From positions 19,778,001 through 19,842,000 of the forward strand of contig CM052849.1 of the NCBI GenBank assembly GCA_028534125.1: 64,000 nucleotides of DNA, in the 5' to 3' direction. The notes below the pieces were generated by a model. That model was not told the origin of the DNA. It saw nothing but the letters and a program-made list of their open reading frames with translations, and did no database searches. Position numbers and translations under genes: made by a program. Source of the DNA: Lama glama. Lineage: Eukaryota. Below are positions 47,062-59,689 of the stretch, in pieces (position 1 is the first letter of the stretch; every line of letters starts with the position of its first letter).

Positions 47062-47388
47062 TGCTGTGGACCGGAGGCCTGTGTCCCCCCAGACCCCCGT
47101 GCTGGAGTCCGAAGCCCCAGCTGACGTTACTGGGGGTGGGCGTCTGTGGGGGTGACTGACACCAGTGCCCTTACTAAAGGCCCAGAGAGCTCCTGCGCCC
47201 CGGCGTCCGCCAGGCAGGGACACAGCGAGAAGACGTGGTCTGCCGACCAGGAAGCGGTCCCCACCGGACACGGGGTCTGCCCCCGCCCTGATCTTCGACT
47301 CCCAGCCTCCAGAACTGCAAGAGGTAGATGCCTGTTGTTTACAAGCCCCTCAGTTTATCTTGTTACAACAGCCCGAGCTGACGAGACA
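47062..47388 (+). mobile_element. MaLR MLT1A-like solo LTR
   Basis: TG...CA ends; gacacagcgagaagac...cttcgactcccagcctccagaactg...ttgttacaacagcccgagctgacgagaca. Confidence 0.8.
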
Positions 47389-48817
47389 CCCAGGAACTGG
47401 GTGTGAACCTGCGGGGACGTGCCCTGGGCTCCAGGCCTCCTGCTGGGTCTCTGTTCCTCCCCACCTCCGCGTGAGCTTCTCCACGAAGCCCTTCCCAGCA
47501 GTCCCAGTGGACGTGCTCCTTGCCTCTCCTCCGAGCCCAGTGGAGCCCCTGGGTTTGGGGTTTCTCGTTTCTTCCCCCCCCAGCACTGACCACAAGGCTT
47601 CACGGCAGGCATCACTGTCCCAGGGTCCTCAGCGGACACCCTGACAGGCAGGCAGGAAGCCGAAAGCCATCATCCAGCACAAACAAACTGGCCTGTCACA
47701 GATCAGCACCTACTCAGACACTCTTGCTCCTTGAAGGGGTCTGTCCCACCTGCCCCCAACCTTGTGGTCTGTAGGTCAGACTCTAGTTGATGACAGATTT
47801 CAAAGAGACTGGAAAGCACAATAAAATAAAAAGCAAAGCCACTGCGAGTTGGAAAGCCAATCCCGCGTTAGATGGGAGCCTTCACGCGGCCACTAAAGAT
47901 GATTCTGGAGCACGACTGAACTGTCTGCACAACGGCTGACCCATGAGGCTGGGCGGAGCTGGGTCCACTATCACGGAGACAAATCCAAGCAGGGTGTCAC
48001 GACCAGCATGTCAAGGGCATGAGGTGAGCATCCCAGGACTAAGAACAGCCCTAGAGGAGACAAAGCACGCCCCCAAGTACTTCTGCAGACGGGACCTTCT
48101 TTGCTCCAAGAAGCCTGGTCTTCCCGGTGTCCAGGCTCCCAGGCTGGGCACAGCCTCCTGCCCGACTTGGAAAGGCTGCCTTGTCCGTGAGCCCAGCAGA
48201 GCCCCACATGATGGAACCTTCTGGAGGCAGAGGTGGCAGCTGCCCCTTAACCTAACAGCTCTGGGATCCTATGAAGCAGAGGAAGAGCTGACCCAGGAGG
48301 CTGGTCCATCCCACCCATCTCTTTACAGCTTCCGGGGAGGGAGTGGGGGGGAGGGGCGTCCCTCCCTCCTCCTGTCACAGCTGAGAGCACAGGGGGGGTG
48401 CCCGGGACCCAGAACGGCATCGCAGTGGAACTTCCTCTACACAAACTCAGCCACCCGTGTTAGATACACGTGTGCACCAACAGGAAGGAACGACAGAGCA
48501 GGAGATCGGTTCTGAGAGGGTTGCGGGCATTCACTTCTCCAGTCCACCCACTGAGCGCACGGCCAGAGGACGTGCCGCCGGGAGGCGGAGCTCTCCCACC
48601 CGGTCCCCCGGGAGGCCGTCCTCTCCTGCTGTCCGCGGTGGGGTGAGCCTCTTGCAGATGTTAAATGTTTCTAACAACGTGGCCCCTGGACACAATCCAA
48701 GTCCTCTCCTCTCCTCTCCTCTCCCGTCTCTCTCTCTCTCCCTTTCATGGACCAATGCGTGCACACGTGGGGGACACCGGGGGTCACCTCCCTTGGGGCC
48801 GCCGGAGGACGGCTCAC

Positions 48818-49639
48818 CTGCAGGCAGCGTGGAGAACTCCACGAAGGCCTCCTTCCTCTCCCTCTGCTCCAAGGGCAGCTGCCACGGCACCTGGTGCGGC
48901 CTGGCCAGAACCTTCACCTTGTAGGCCATGTTGGGCCGGAGGTTCAAGAACTGGTACTTGTACCTGGCAGCCCTGACGACGTCGAACTCCTCCTCNNNNN
49001 NNNNNNNNNNNNNNNNNNNNNNNNNNNNNNNNNNNNNNNNNNNNNNNNNNNNNNNNNNNNNNNNNNNNNNNNNNNNNNNNNNNNNNNNNNNNNNNNNNNN
49101 NNNNNNNNNNNNNNNNNNNNNNNNNNNNNNNNNNNCGTCCGAGCTGCCTCTGCTGGTGACGCACTGCACGGACACGCGGTAGGTGCAGGCCGCTGTGTTC
49201 AGCTTCTCGATCAAGGCCTTCGTCCGGCTGCCCAGCGTGAGGCTCAGGCGCATCTCCTGGTCCACCAGCACGTTATAGCTGCTCACCGTCCCCCAGCCCG
49301 GGGGCCCGGCCGGGGGCTCCCAGCCCACAATGACACTTTTGGCGAGTTGCTTGATGAGGGTGATTTTCCGAGGGTAAGGCACGATGTCTTCTCCAATGTC
49401 GTCAATGTTGACATCCAGCGTCCCTGCCCCGCTGTCGGCGAGGCCGGAGTCCGTGAGCGTCGGGGAGTGGAGGTCCAGGACACTCTCCCCCTCCAGCGGG
49501 GAGATGCCGATGCCGGAACGGTTGATGAGGTTCTGCTCCTGGTCACTCGCCAGCGTGCTGGCCAGCCGAGACTCACTGTCCTGGACAAAATCCACGAAGT
49601 TGGAGGGCACCAGGCCCCTCTGCCCATCCAGGAGTTCGC
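48818..49639 (-). CDS. RIMBP2: RIMBP2 large exon (G)ELLDGQRGLVPSNFVDFVQD...VPYPRKITLIKQL...FVEFSTLPA (end of SH3-1, FN3-1, FN3-2; contains an N gap)
   Basis: caacag| acceptor, G|gtgagc donor, 822 nt, frame kept across the 140-N gap. Confidence 0.96.
48996..49135. other. Assembly gap (140 N) inside a RIMBP2 coding exon
   Basis: N run. Confidence 0.99.
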
Positions 49640-49849
49640 CTGTTGGGCACAAGAACAGTTAGGGCCCGACTGTCACGTGGGGGGCCTGAGGTCCTGCCGC
49701 AAGTCTGCACCTCCCACGATGGGACCCTACGGAAAGCAACGAGGTTACGGTGGGATCTTCAGCTCTTAACATGCACCACTCAAACGTCACCTCGCCCAGA
49801 CCCCACCCCTGCTACGGCACCCCAGTACCTGCCATCTGCCACCCCCTCC

Positions 49850-50032
49850 ATCAGTTGTCTGATTTTCCCCGCGGTGCCCAGGGCACCGTGTTCATTCAGC
49901 TGCACACGTGGACTGACTACCCCTCCCACTGGGGGCGCTGCTCTGGGAGGGCGTGGGCCTGCGTCCTGCCCACTGAACCGTCCCAGCGGGATGCCCGGCA
50001 CACAGCAGATGCGCAGCAAAGGTTTGTCAGAG
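49850..50032 (+). mobile_element. L2 3' end remnant
   Basis: ctgggagggcgtgggcctgcgtc...gcccggcacacagcagatgcgcagcaaaggtttgt. Confidence 0.55.
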
Positions 50033-51867
50033 GACAAACAACATGTAAGCCACGTGGGTTTGGAGATGAAAAAAATGACACCTCACGACGATTTCTGAGT
50101 GAGTCATCACACGAACAGGAATTAGAAGGCCGCTTCCCCCTTGCAAAGGGAGCTCCGTGTCCACCTACATGAGACTCCCAGCGTGCGCCCACCGGGTGTG
50201 AAACAGACGAGCTTGGTCTTGGAGAACCACCCGCGGGCAGAGTGGCCCCCAAATGCCACCAGACTAGCTCTGAGGCTGCAGCACTCACAGCGGGGACCCC
50301 TCTCTGCTCCGTGAAGTGGCTTCACGTCCTGCGTTCTCCCTACCTGAGGCTCGGAAGCCTGCAACAGCAGAGCCCTGCAAACTAAGCCTGTTTCGGAGCA
50401 TCAAAGGTTGCTCGGTCTGGGTCACCTCTCGGCACCAGCCAGAAATGGCAGCTCCCCCAGTTCAGCACCAGCAGCCGCAGAGAGAGGGCCTGACCGGGCG
50501 GGGCCTGGGAGGCTGGGAAGTGCAGAACAGAGGGGTCTCTCCCCGCAGACCCCGCCCCCGCCTCAGGGGACGTGTGAGGGCCCAGGAGAGGGAAGCCAAC
50601 TGGAGTCAGTCCCAAATCTCCGGAACCAATGAGGATCTGATTCTGTCCCTGACCCCACCCAGGAAGGGAGTCTTGAGATGTCCACCCCTGCCTAGAGGAT
50701 GCTATATAAACAGCCCTCGTCTGACACAGGGGAAGACAGGGCGGGGGTGGGGGCTGACATCTACGGAGCAAGTTCTGGGTACCAAGCCCCGCTCGCACCT
50801 CTCCCTGTCTCCTTCCTCACTTATCCTCACGGCCGCCCGAGGCAGGAACAGTTACAGGCTGCCGTGAGCCGGGGCAAGCCTCCCACGGTCCCACGGACAA
50901 CGGAGCGCCGAGCTCTGCATCTGCCTTTAATCCAGCCTCTGAAAGTCTACATGGGCACAGCGCCCGGCGCCCGTGTTCTAGGGATTTCCAGCGAGGGTTT
51001 CCCGGCAGCCACCTGGAGCACACATTTCCACCCTGGTGTGCAAACTGGCGCGAGCAACACAAATTTATGGTAAGATTCGAGCTGCTCTGCCACCGGCCGT
51101 GGGGAAGTTTCTCGGGTTCTCTGTCTGCTGCTCACTGACAGACAGGGAGCCGGGCTGGGCAGGGCTGGGCTCCAAACGTCAGCCGAGCGGCCTGATGTCC
51201 GGCCCCCGTAAACCTCAGGACTGGAGCTGAGGCTGATTCCATCAGCTCCAAGGAAACTCTGTGAGGTCACAAAAAAAGAAACCTGCTAGTTGAGCAAGAA
51301 ATTACTTTCCTCATCAGAGGGAACAGAAGGAAACCAAAACCCTGCTACCAGGGCAACAGAAAAGTTGAGGGAACCAAGGCATCCTGATTTCCGAAGCTGC
51401 TGGCAGTGCCACCTGCTCCCCCCCCCCCCGTCTCCTACAAAGGGGACCAAGGCCGGGTGGGTGGAGGGGTTCACGGCTCCTGATTTCATGCTATAGGAGG
51501 TGACCATAAGGCAATGGTCGGGCCATTCGCGGGGCCAGAGCCTGACGGTCCCTGGGATCGCAGGGCGCCAGGTGAGGTCACCTAAATGGGCTCTGGTCCT
51601 ACGGAAAGCAGGTCACCTGGGGGACGCTGAGGGTGCTGGACAGTGAGATGGAAGGGAGGCAGAGACCCCTTGTCTGTCAGCCTCGTGTGTCTGGTTGGAG
51701 GCTGCATGCAGGTGAATGTCTGAGGTCTACCTGGGGTTCAAAGTGGGAACCCCACTCAGCCAAACAAAAGGGGCTGCCTGTAAGTCTGGAGACAGGGTCA
51801 GAGTGGAGGCCTGGGGCGGCCGGGGTGATGGGAGCTGGCCCCCCGCCCACCACGCGGCCCCCCAGAC

Positions 51868-51977
51868 CTTCATAGAAGCCGTCCTCGTCCATGTCCCCGT
51901 ACACGTACAGGTACTTCCCCGCCGCGAGTGGCAGCTCGGCCTCTGGGTTCTCATTGGGCCCGTCAAAGGGGTTGTAA
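51868..51977 (-). CDS. RIMBP2: RIMBP2 exon [36 protein letters not shown] (SH3-1)
   Basis: ctctag| acceptor, G|gtctgg donor, 110 nt. Confidence 0.96.
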
Positions 51978-52419
51978 CTAGAGGAAGAGACAACGCGCTC
52001 AGGTGGTGCCCGAGATGGAGCCTGAGCCCAGCCCATCCCTGGCCAAGCGCCAGGGCCCACTCTGCTGTTCCCAGGATGTTCCAGACCCGAGCGACGACTC
52101 GGTGCCAGTGAGTCATCTGCACACTGAAAATGCAGGCCCTCGATGGCTCACACACCCAGGTTTCAAATAAAAAGCTAGTTCTGAAACCACGTTGTCCGCT
52201 CAGAGTCCTCCATATCAGATGACCTTTATATGACTCCAAATTATACATTATAAATTTCCAGATCAGTCAGAAAATAAGAAAGTCATTAACCCTGGAGCAT
52301 TTCAATACCTATTACTGAACAAAGATGGGAGCGTATGACATAACCTACTTGGTAGATAGCAACCTGCTCATGTTCACACTTGGCAACACGCGTGACTGTC
52401 CTTCCACCCCGTGAAACTC

Positions 52420-52665
52420 TCTATCGCAGCCTTTCTAAGGGACGTGTGACAGTCCACTGAACAGCTTCACACACACACTCTCCTCATCTGAGTTCTGACG
52501 CTCCTTTTGGCTAACGTAACTGGCTTTGCATCAAATATCCTTACGGACATATCTTTTCACACTCGCATGCTTTCCTCCTGAAGATAAATCCCTAGGAAGC
52601 AGATTTGTTTGGCCAAAATCACGCACGTCTTCAAGGTCTTGGCTACGCACGGCCCAAATACCCTA
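52420..52665 (-). mobile_element. Old L1ME-like fragment, antisense
   Basis: aatatccttacggacatatctt...gataaatccctaggaagcagatt motifs. Confidence 0.55.
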
Positions 52666-53459
52666 GTGTAACTGAATCCTGACGCTGTCCGCTGACACTA
52701 ACACATGGTAACGCGAGGACACTTCAGTAAAAAACATACATCCTGGAAAGTGGATTTTGCTCTCTCTCTCTCTCTCTCCGCCAGGAGTGTCAAAGTGACC
52801 ATCCTCTCCAATCCTCAAAATGTTGGAATTCACATTTTTTTGAAACCATATCCAACGTGCAAATGAAACATGCTACAGAAAGTTCTGATTTTCTAATTCA
52901 AAGGTGAATTCATTTAAAATAGCAGAAAAGGCCTCATCAAGAAAGTAAAAGTAACATCACCGATCATGAGTGATGATCGTGTAAATTAAAAAGGGTGTCA
53001 CTCATCCTCCAGGCACGCGGGGGTGAGGTCGCAGCCCCCACAGTCACCCACCAAGAGTGGGCGGTTCAGGACTGGGGAGCCAGGAGGAGGCCCCTGCGCT
53101 TGGGAACAAGGCCCTGGGAGAGTTCAGGTCCACGTCTAGGCAAGAATCTCAGCGACCCCAGATTCTTCCGTCTGCCCCCACCAGCCCCGCGGGAACAAAG
53201 CCCACGGCTGTGGCGAGGGCAGCACCTGCAGCCCAGCTTCTGGCTCCTGAGACCTGGTTCCTGGCGGCAACCACAAGGGACCTGAGAGCTGTGTGTGACC
53301 AGACGGGCCCACGCTAGCTCTCAGTGGGCATGGGCCCTCCGACGAGCGATGGGCTCGGCAGCTGTGACGGCCGCGGGACGTGGTCCGGGCGGGCGCCGGG
53401 ACAGTGCCAAACAGGGGCTATGGACACGGGCACCCCTCTCTGAGAATCAGTTTGCCGCC

Positions 53460-53888
53460 GCTGTGGGCTGGACGGCGTCCCCAGAGAGACGTTCAGCCCC
53501 TAACTCCTGGCACTGCGGAGGTGAGCTTACTTGGAAAGGTCTTTGCAGATGTGATCAAGTTAAGATGGGGTCATACTGGAGTCAGGCGGCCCTGATCCAA
53601 CGACAGGGTCCTTATACAAAATGGGGGGACACAGAGGGAGGACGGGCACTTGAGGACGGAGGCCAAGACTGCAGTGGGGTGCTACAGCTGAGGGGCGTCA
53701 AGGAGGCTGCCAGCCAGCAGAGGATGGCAGAGGCAGGAAGGACCCTCCCCGAGCCTTCAGAGAGGGCAGCCCCCTGACACTTTGATCTCTGGCTCCTGGC
53801 CTCCGGAACCAGGAGAGAGTGGACCTCTGCTGCTCTGAGCCACCCTGCCTGTGGCTGTGCTTAAAGGCAGCCCTGGGAAAGGAACGCA
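53460..53888 (+). mobile_element. MaLR MLT1C-like solo LTR
   Basis: ggtctttgcagatgtgatcaagttaagatggggtcatactgga...gagccttcagagagggcagcccc...ggcagccctgggaaa. Confidence 0.85.
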
Positions 53889-54071
53889 GTGCCTGGGCCC
53901 CTCCCGTCAGAGCAGACACGCCACCCTGCGAAGCCTGGCCGCCGCGTCCTCTCGGCACTGCGGGAGGGGTCCCGCAGCTCGTGGAGGGTCCCCGCACCCA
54001 CCACCTCGCCTGCCTGAGGCCTCCCACGCTCACAGATGCCCAGAGGGTGCAAAGGAGAGCGTCCCTCTTAC

Positions 54072-54148
54072 CTGTAGCGGGCGACACACAGGTGGACCTT
54101 CCCCGAGTATCTCTGCTTGGAGGTGCTGGAAGCCCGTTCATTATCCAT
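54072..54148 (-). CDS. RIMBP2: RIMBP2 exon MDNERASSTSKQRYSGKVHLCVARY(S)
   Basis: tgacag| acceptor, AG|gtaaga donor, 77 nt. Confidence 0.95.
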
Positions 54149-54319
54149 CTGTCAGAGACACAGCAGATGCTCATGTCGCTGAAGCCGCAGGCTCCACACG
54201 CCATGCTAGAAACACCAGGGACCCCCTGTCATGGTCCCCAGGGCTCCTCAGCCTCAGATGGTGGAACTCCCGTGAGACGAGAACATGCATGTTGTCTTGG
54301 GCGTGACCCACAGATGGGC

Positions 54320-54462
54320 AGGTCCCTCCCTGCCCCCTGGAGGCCCCCCCCCGCGGGTCCCTCCCCCCCACCGGTCCCTCCCCCCCCCCGCGGGTCCCTC
54401 CCCACCCCCCGCGGGTCCCTCCCCATCCCCGCGGGTCCCTCCCCCACCCTGCGGGTCCCTCT
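54320..54462. repeat. C-rich minisatellite, about 6-7 copies of GCGGGTCCCTCCCC(N)CCC
   Basis: ~20-bp unit visible directly. Confidence 0.9.
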
Positions 54463-54910
54463 CTGCAGGCTCCTCGGTCACACAGGGATGCTTATAAAGC
54501 ACCTGTCTCCGCAGGGCCTGTGATGTCACTAGTCTGCGGAATCTAACGAATAACCCGCCTGAAAGTGCGGCAGAGCAGAAGGGCCCTTCTCAGAGGGCCG
54601 CCCTGTCTCCTGCCTCATCCCTCCGGGTCACGGGCTTGTCCTGCCACGTTCACGACACTCGCTGTGACCTGACTTCTTAGGTGCTGACCGGCTCACAGTC
54701 CTTCTGCACTAAGAGAACACCCCCCGCCCGTGCACACGGGGCCCACGTCCTGGCCCAGAGCAGGGTCAGGGAAGACAGGTGAATGGCAGAGAAGGGAAGG
54801 AGGCAGGAGAGGGAGGAAGACAAGGAGGGGCTGCAAAGAGAGTGGCAGGTGTGCTGACTTCCACGCCTGACACCCGACGCGGGCAGGCCAGGACCAGGAC
54901 TAGGACTCAC

Positions 54911-55056
54911 GTCTGATTCAAATCTGCATCTTGGGCCACCAGATCTGGACAGAAAGGTGGGCTTGACGGACAGAGGCTCCGGCTTGTCACCCGGGAGCGG
55001 GAGGGGCCGGATGTAGTCACCAATCACAGCGTGGCTTCTGATGGAACTCTCCTGAC
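54911..55056 (-). CDS. RIMBP2: RIMBP2 exon (G)QESSIRSHAVIGDYIRPLPLPGDKPEPLSVKPTFLSRSGGPRCRFESD
   Basis: ggccag| acceptor, GAC|gtgagt donor, 146 nt. Confidence 0.95.
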
Positions 55057-55329
55057 CTGGCCGGGAACATTGGAACAATTTGAAGAAAGACACAAGGGAA
55101 ATAAAAAAAGCACGCTGGTTCTCTGCCTTCCCAGTGTGTCTTTCCTCCTCTTTGACATCAGCCTTTGAGTTTCGTTTTGGGACCCACCCATTTTCCACCC
55201 TTATTTCCTGTAGGCTGGTCTGACCCCACCCCTGTCCTTGGACCATCCATCTGGCCGAGTCTACTCCTGGCTCCACGATCGTCTGGTGGTAACAGTGGTG
55301 TTGCCCATGAGACAGGAGGGTCCAGTCAG

Positions 55330-55640
55330 AGAGAACTTAGTGGGAGTCATGGGCAGAGAGACTCCTTTTCCCCAGCTTCAACCTGAGGGGAGATGAGACT
55401 CAGTGATACTGCAGCCATATTGCCACCAGGAGGAAGAAATTTCGCCTGAGAATGGAGCCTGCTCATAAGAGGATCTGTAAGATGGAGTGGCAGGGCTAAA
55501 GCCCCTGAATCCAGCCGTACCTGAAGCTAAACCTACTGGCCCTTCATCTACTCGACATGATAAAGCAAGCCCTTTTTGCTCACACCAGTGTAGTTTGGCT
55601 GTGCTGTCACTTATGACCCAAATCGTCCTAACTTAATACA
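55330..55640 (+). mobile_element. Old MaLR (MLT1) LTR remnant
   Basis: ctgcagccatattgccacca...cctgaatccagccgtacctgaagcta...ctgtcacttatgacccaaatcgtcctaacttaataca. Confidence 0.65.
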
Positions 55641-58617
55641 CAAAGTGACCAAAGGACTTACGGCTAAAAAACACTTTGACAAGAGACTAACTAGGACCAA
55701 AGTGGCTCTCTGCTGGTCCTGTCCTCAGGGGGCTCGAGAGCCCCGTCCCAGCCACGTGGGGAGGGGACTGAGCACCCTGATCAGTGCTGGCCTGGACTGA
55801 GCAGCCTCAGGCATGTTTCCTAGGACCGGGTGTGAGACAGAGAAGCAACTGGTTTTCCACCCCGAGCTCCTGCTGCCCGTGGCCTGCAGGGCCTCCTCGC
55901 TGGCTTCGTCTAGTCTCTCGCCGTGGCTCTCACACCAGGCAGACTGTTCACTGAAGAAGATGACTTACTGAGTCCAAATCAGGAAATCCAAATACTGTGA
56001 GAAGCATTCCCGCAAAGGCTGCTTGGAAGTCACCCCCACTGCCCCTGCCCGATTAAGAGAATCGTAGGCAAGCATCGCTGTAACAGAATCGATGCTGAAA
56101 CAGACAGGGGGTCCCTGCGGGAATGCCAGGTCCCAGGGAGCAGTGGCTGGGCTCTGGTCACTGCCGAGCAGGCCCAATGCCCCCAACAGTGCTTGGTGGG
56201 CAGACAGCAGGTGCAAAGGAAACATTCACTGCAGAACTGACTCCCAAAGCCTCACAGGCTGAGGACAGGGCCTGGCTGCAGAACCAGTACCGCATCTCCT
56301 TCCTCTGAGCGACGCAGGAGTGCGACCCGAGCACATGGCTCATCCGGGCCAATGGCCTGAGAGTGGAAGTGACGTGCCTTGCTTGGGGTGGAAGCCTTTT
56401 TGAGTTGGTGTCTAATCTCTTACGTTTCCCTTCCCATGCGATGGAACATTCCAGATGGAGGCGGCTCTGTTTGCCAGCATTCCCCAGTGAAGACACGTGG
56501 AACCGATGCCCTGAGCCGGCCTGAGGCGGACGTGGAGCATCATCAAGGTAGAGGCTTGAGCTGTGTTAAGCCCCCAAGGCTTCTGCAGCTGAGCCTCGCC
56601 CGTGCTGACTAACACACTGCCCGTGACCAGCAGGGGTGACATCGCCAGTAAAGGGGAAAGAATGTAGCAGACTCCTTGTATTCACCTTCAGCAAATCCAG
56701 CTCCCTTGAGAAAAACAATCTGACGAGCATGGCCGATGTCACCTGCCTGTGTTCTGTGAGTGAGGGGGCAGCTCTGGCCCCCGTGCCCTCACGGCAGGAA
56801 CATCCCACCCTTTCCTGACGCCGGCGCTTCAACAGATGTATTTTCTGGAGACTATGGCCACCAAGCCCAAATCCACGATTCTACCTGGTGCTTCAGCAAA
56901 TCCCAGCTCCAATACCGAAGGAGACAGTGTGTAGGGGTGGCCCGGGGAAGGACACACCCCCATGCCTCTTTCCAGCAGCCCCTTCCTGGAGATTTTTAGG
57001 GATAATCCTGTCCCTGTGCGATGTCCGCCTTTCCTGTTGCAGACGTGACTCCACACCATCAGCCTCGTCCTCCTCAGCCTCGGGCCAACCCGGCCTCAGG
57101 CAGGAGCACATCTGCAGGGCCTTCTCCGACCTTGTGCGCTGGCCCTGCCCACACCTTCCCGAAGACGCACACAGAGAGGAGGCCGGCCCAGCAGCAAGTT
57201 CCTGCCTCGTCCTTAAGGGGCCCCTCCTGTCTGCCGTCAGAGGGTGACCCTGAGAAGGACGCTGGGGTTGCAGAGGAAGCCCTCTTGCTGGCAGCCCCTA
57301 GCGGCCCAGTGGCGCCGGCACAGCAAGGACACCGCGAGGCTGATGCCAAGCGTGCCCGGTCTTGCCCCCAGAAGCACCTTGTGGGCGAGGGAGCAGTTTT
57401 TTAAACGAGCCCGTCAGTTAGCACCATGGCTCTTCCAAGCGGCTAAACAGAAGCCTATGCAAACCAGCTGGTCCACCGGGAGCTGAGTGATTTGCTTGGC
57501 AGAGCTGTTTGGGGTTCTGTTTGGTCTGCTGTTGGTCAGTGTCCATTTTCCGCCATTGGGAATCACATCCTTTTTTTCCAGATCAATCTCGACACCGATT
57601 CACTCAGGTAAGTCACTGCTCCCCTCTCCACTGACACGTGAGCTTCCACTAGACTAACGTGTTCGCGTGCTGTTCACACAGGAGGCCCGGGGCTGCTGCC
57701 TGGAGAAGGGCCTGGGGTACCAGGCGCTCAGACCTCCTCCTTCTGTCCGGTTTTTCATAGAGCTAAGCGTTCTCTCTAACGCACGAGCAGGATGGGGAGG
57801 GGGTGGGGGGAAACATCATTTATCAAGATACACGATCATCACCTTGCTTTAATAGTGAAAAGCACCCCAATCTTCTGATGAAAACTGGGAGCAAAAGCTG
57901 CAGATTCTTTTGTGGAATTGCAAGGTGGGGCTCCAGTCCTCATCTCCCCTAAGTTTGAAAGAAAAACTGACTGTCTTCAGGTGGATAAAATCGGCCTGTG
58001 ACCCGTTTAACCTTCAGCAGGGAGAAAGTGCTCCCCGACTGAGCAGGGGACTTCGCTGCCTACACCGAGGACCTCCGATAAGGTTAAGTCTAACACCTAC
58101 CTCTGTGATCACTTCACCCACGACAGAGACTAAATGCCCCCCAACCACGCGGAGTTAACCCCCTGCGCCCCACTCGGCTCCCTAAACACAAACGTGATGG
58201 AAAAGTGTGCAAGTTCACCGCTGTCATTACCGCGGCCTTTGTCGGAACGGAAGCTCTCAAGTGCGCAGGCGATGTCACAGGGAGGTCACTGGAGGAGGAG
58301 GGGAGACGCTCGGAAGCACACCAGGCAGCGCCCAGCGCAGACCCAGCGCCAGACCCTCAGGGCCAGGCCCTGGCTGCCTGCGTACCACCGCTTTGAGGGC
58401 GTGTGAGGTCATGCCGGCTGACACCCGCCAGGTGCCCAGCCAGGGCCCGGCACAGCAGGCGTGCTCAAGGCCCGCTGGCCCGCCTTGTATCACCGCAAGG
58501 CCCTTGACACTGGCCGCTCCCCAGGGGCGCCTGTCACCCACGCCCCAGCTGTGCCCAGTGGTGCCTCACAGGCCAGACGGCCCTTCTCCACCACGGGAGG
58601 GAGGTCGGGGCACCCAC

Positions 58618-58819
58618 CTTTGCTGATGGAGGGGGCCAGTCCATTCATGAGCCTTGGGAAGGCCTTGCTGGGGGACGAGGGGCCGTCCGAGGAGGCCGCA
58701 GAGCTGCCGCCCAGGTCGATCTTGCCGGCGTGCTGGCGGAACTCCTCCAGGTCCCGGGACAGCAGGCTGAACTGCTCACTCTGCGCCCGGCATTTCTCCT
58801 CCAGCTCCCGCACCTTGCA
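58618..58819 (-). CDS. RIMBP2: RIMBP2 exon CKVRELEEKCRAQSEQFSLLSRDLEEFRQHAGKIDL...MNGLAPSISK (coiled-coil region)
   Basis: ctgcag| acceptor, G|gtgggt donor, 202 nt. Confidence 0.95.
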
Positions 58820-58871
58820 CTGCAGGGCACAGGCGGGGACACACGGTCAGCAGGCAGCCCTGGCTCGCGGG

Positions 58872-59003
58872 GACACGTGTCTGAGTGAGGGTGCGTGTGT
58901 GTGCACAAGGTGCCGCACGTGCACTGTGGACGACAGTGTGTGTGCACATGCACACCTGAAAGTGTGTTGTCTGAGTGTGTCTGCATATGTGTGTGCGTGT
59001 ATG
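58872..59003. repeat. Degenerate (GT)n tract near a RIMBP2 acceptor
   Basis: Alternating purine-pyrimidine sequence. Confidence 0.7.
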
Positions 59004-59689
59004 TGGCCAAGGGCTGCCTCGTGCCTCCATGCAAGAATGAACGACGACGCGTAAAACCAAGCTTTCTGTGCAGCCTGGCTCCCAGGGCAAACGTGGGCGA
59101 GCGCAGGTGCCAGGACACCCTGCAGACACTCGGCCCAGCCAACTGCAGCTTGCTCTGGGCTCCGTGTGCAGCCCAGGCTCTGTGTGATGGGCACGCCTCA
59201 CCGCAGCTGCTGGAGATCTGGAGTATGGGGCGGTGACACAGCCCGGCCGCGGGGGATGGCTCCGTGGCTAGCCCACGGATGCAGCCATCTTGTGGAGGCC
59301 CCTGCCTCTAGTCCTGCAGAACCCCGAAGCGCATGGCTTCAGCAGTAAAGGGAAGGTCTACCTGCTGGACTGGGTTAGCAACATCGCTGCCATCTGCAGA
59401 TGCCGGAGGCGTCTCGGGAGCACTAGGGAGGCTGGAGTGTCCCTGGGCACACGTCCTGGAAGGCAGCCCCGGGCAGCTCCCCCACCCCCGCTCTGCCTGG
59501 TCCTGCCCCGGCTGGTTCTCAGCTGGGCGGGTGTCATCCAGCCCCTCTTCCTTCCCGGGGAACCAGAGTCTACACTCCTGCGCTTCCACTCCTGGTGCAG
59601 AAACACGAGCTCCCCGCACTGGCCCACAGGTGTGCGCCCACCCAAGGAGGGGCACGTGGAGAGCCCCCTCTGCCTCCCCTGCTGTGTTC

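Larger units (their letters stand above)
20055..58819 (-). other. RIMBP2: RIMBP2 gene (5' exons lie beyond the right edge of the window)
   Basis: Phase-consistent spliced translation with SH3-FN3x3-SH3-SH3 architecture matching RIMS-binding protein 2. Confidence 0.97.

Noticed and set aside
54320-54462. Repeat array as CRISPR-like
   Set aside because: Tandem units with no unique spacers, in a eukaryotic intron
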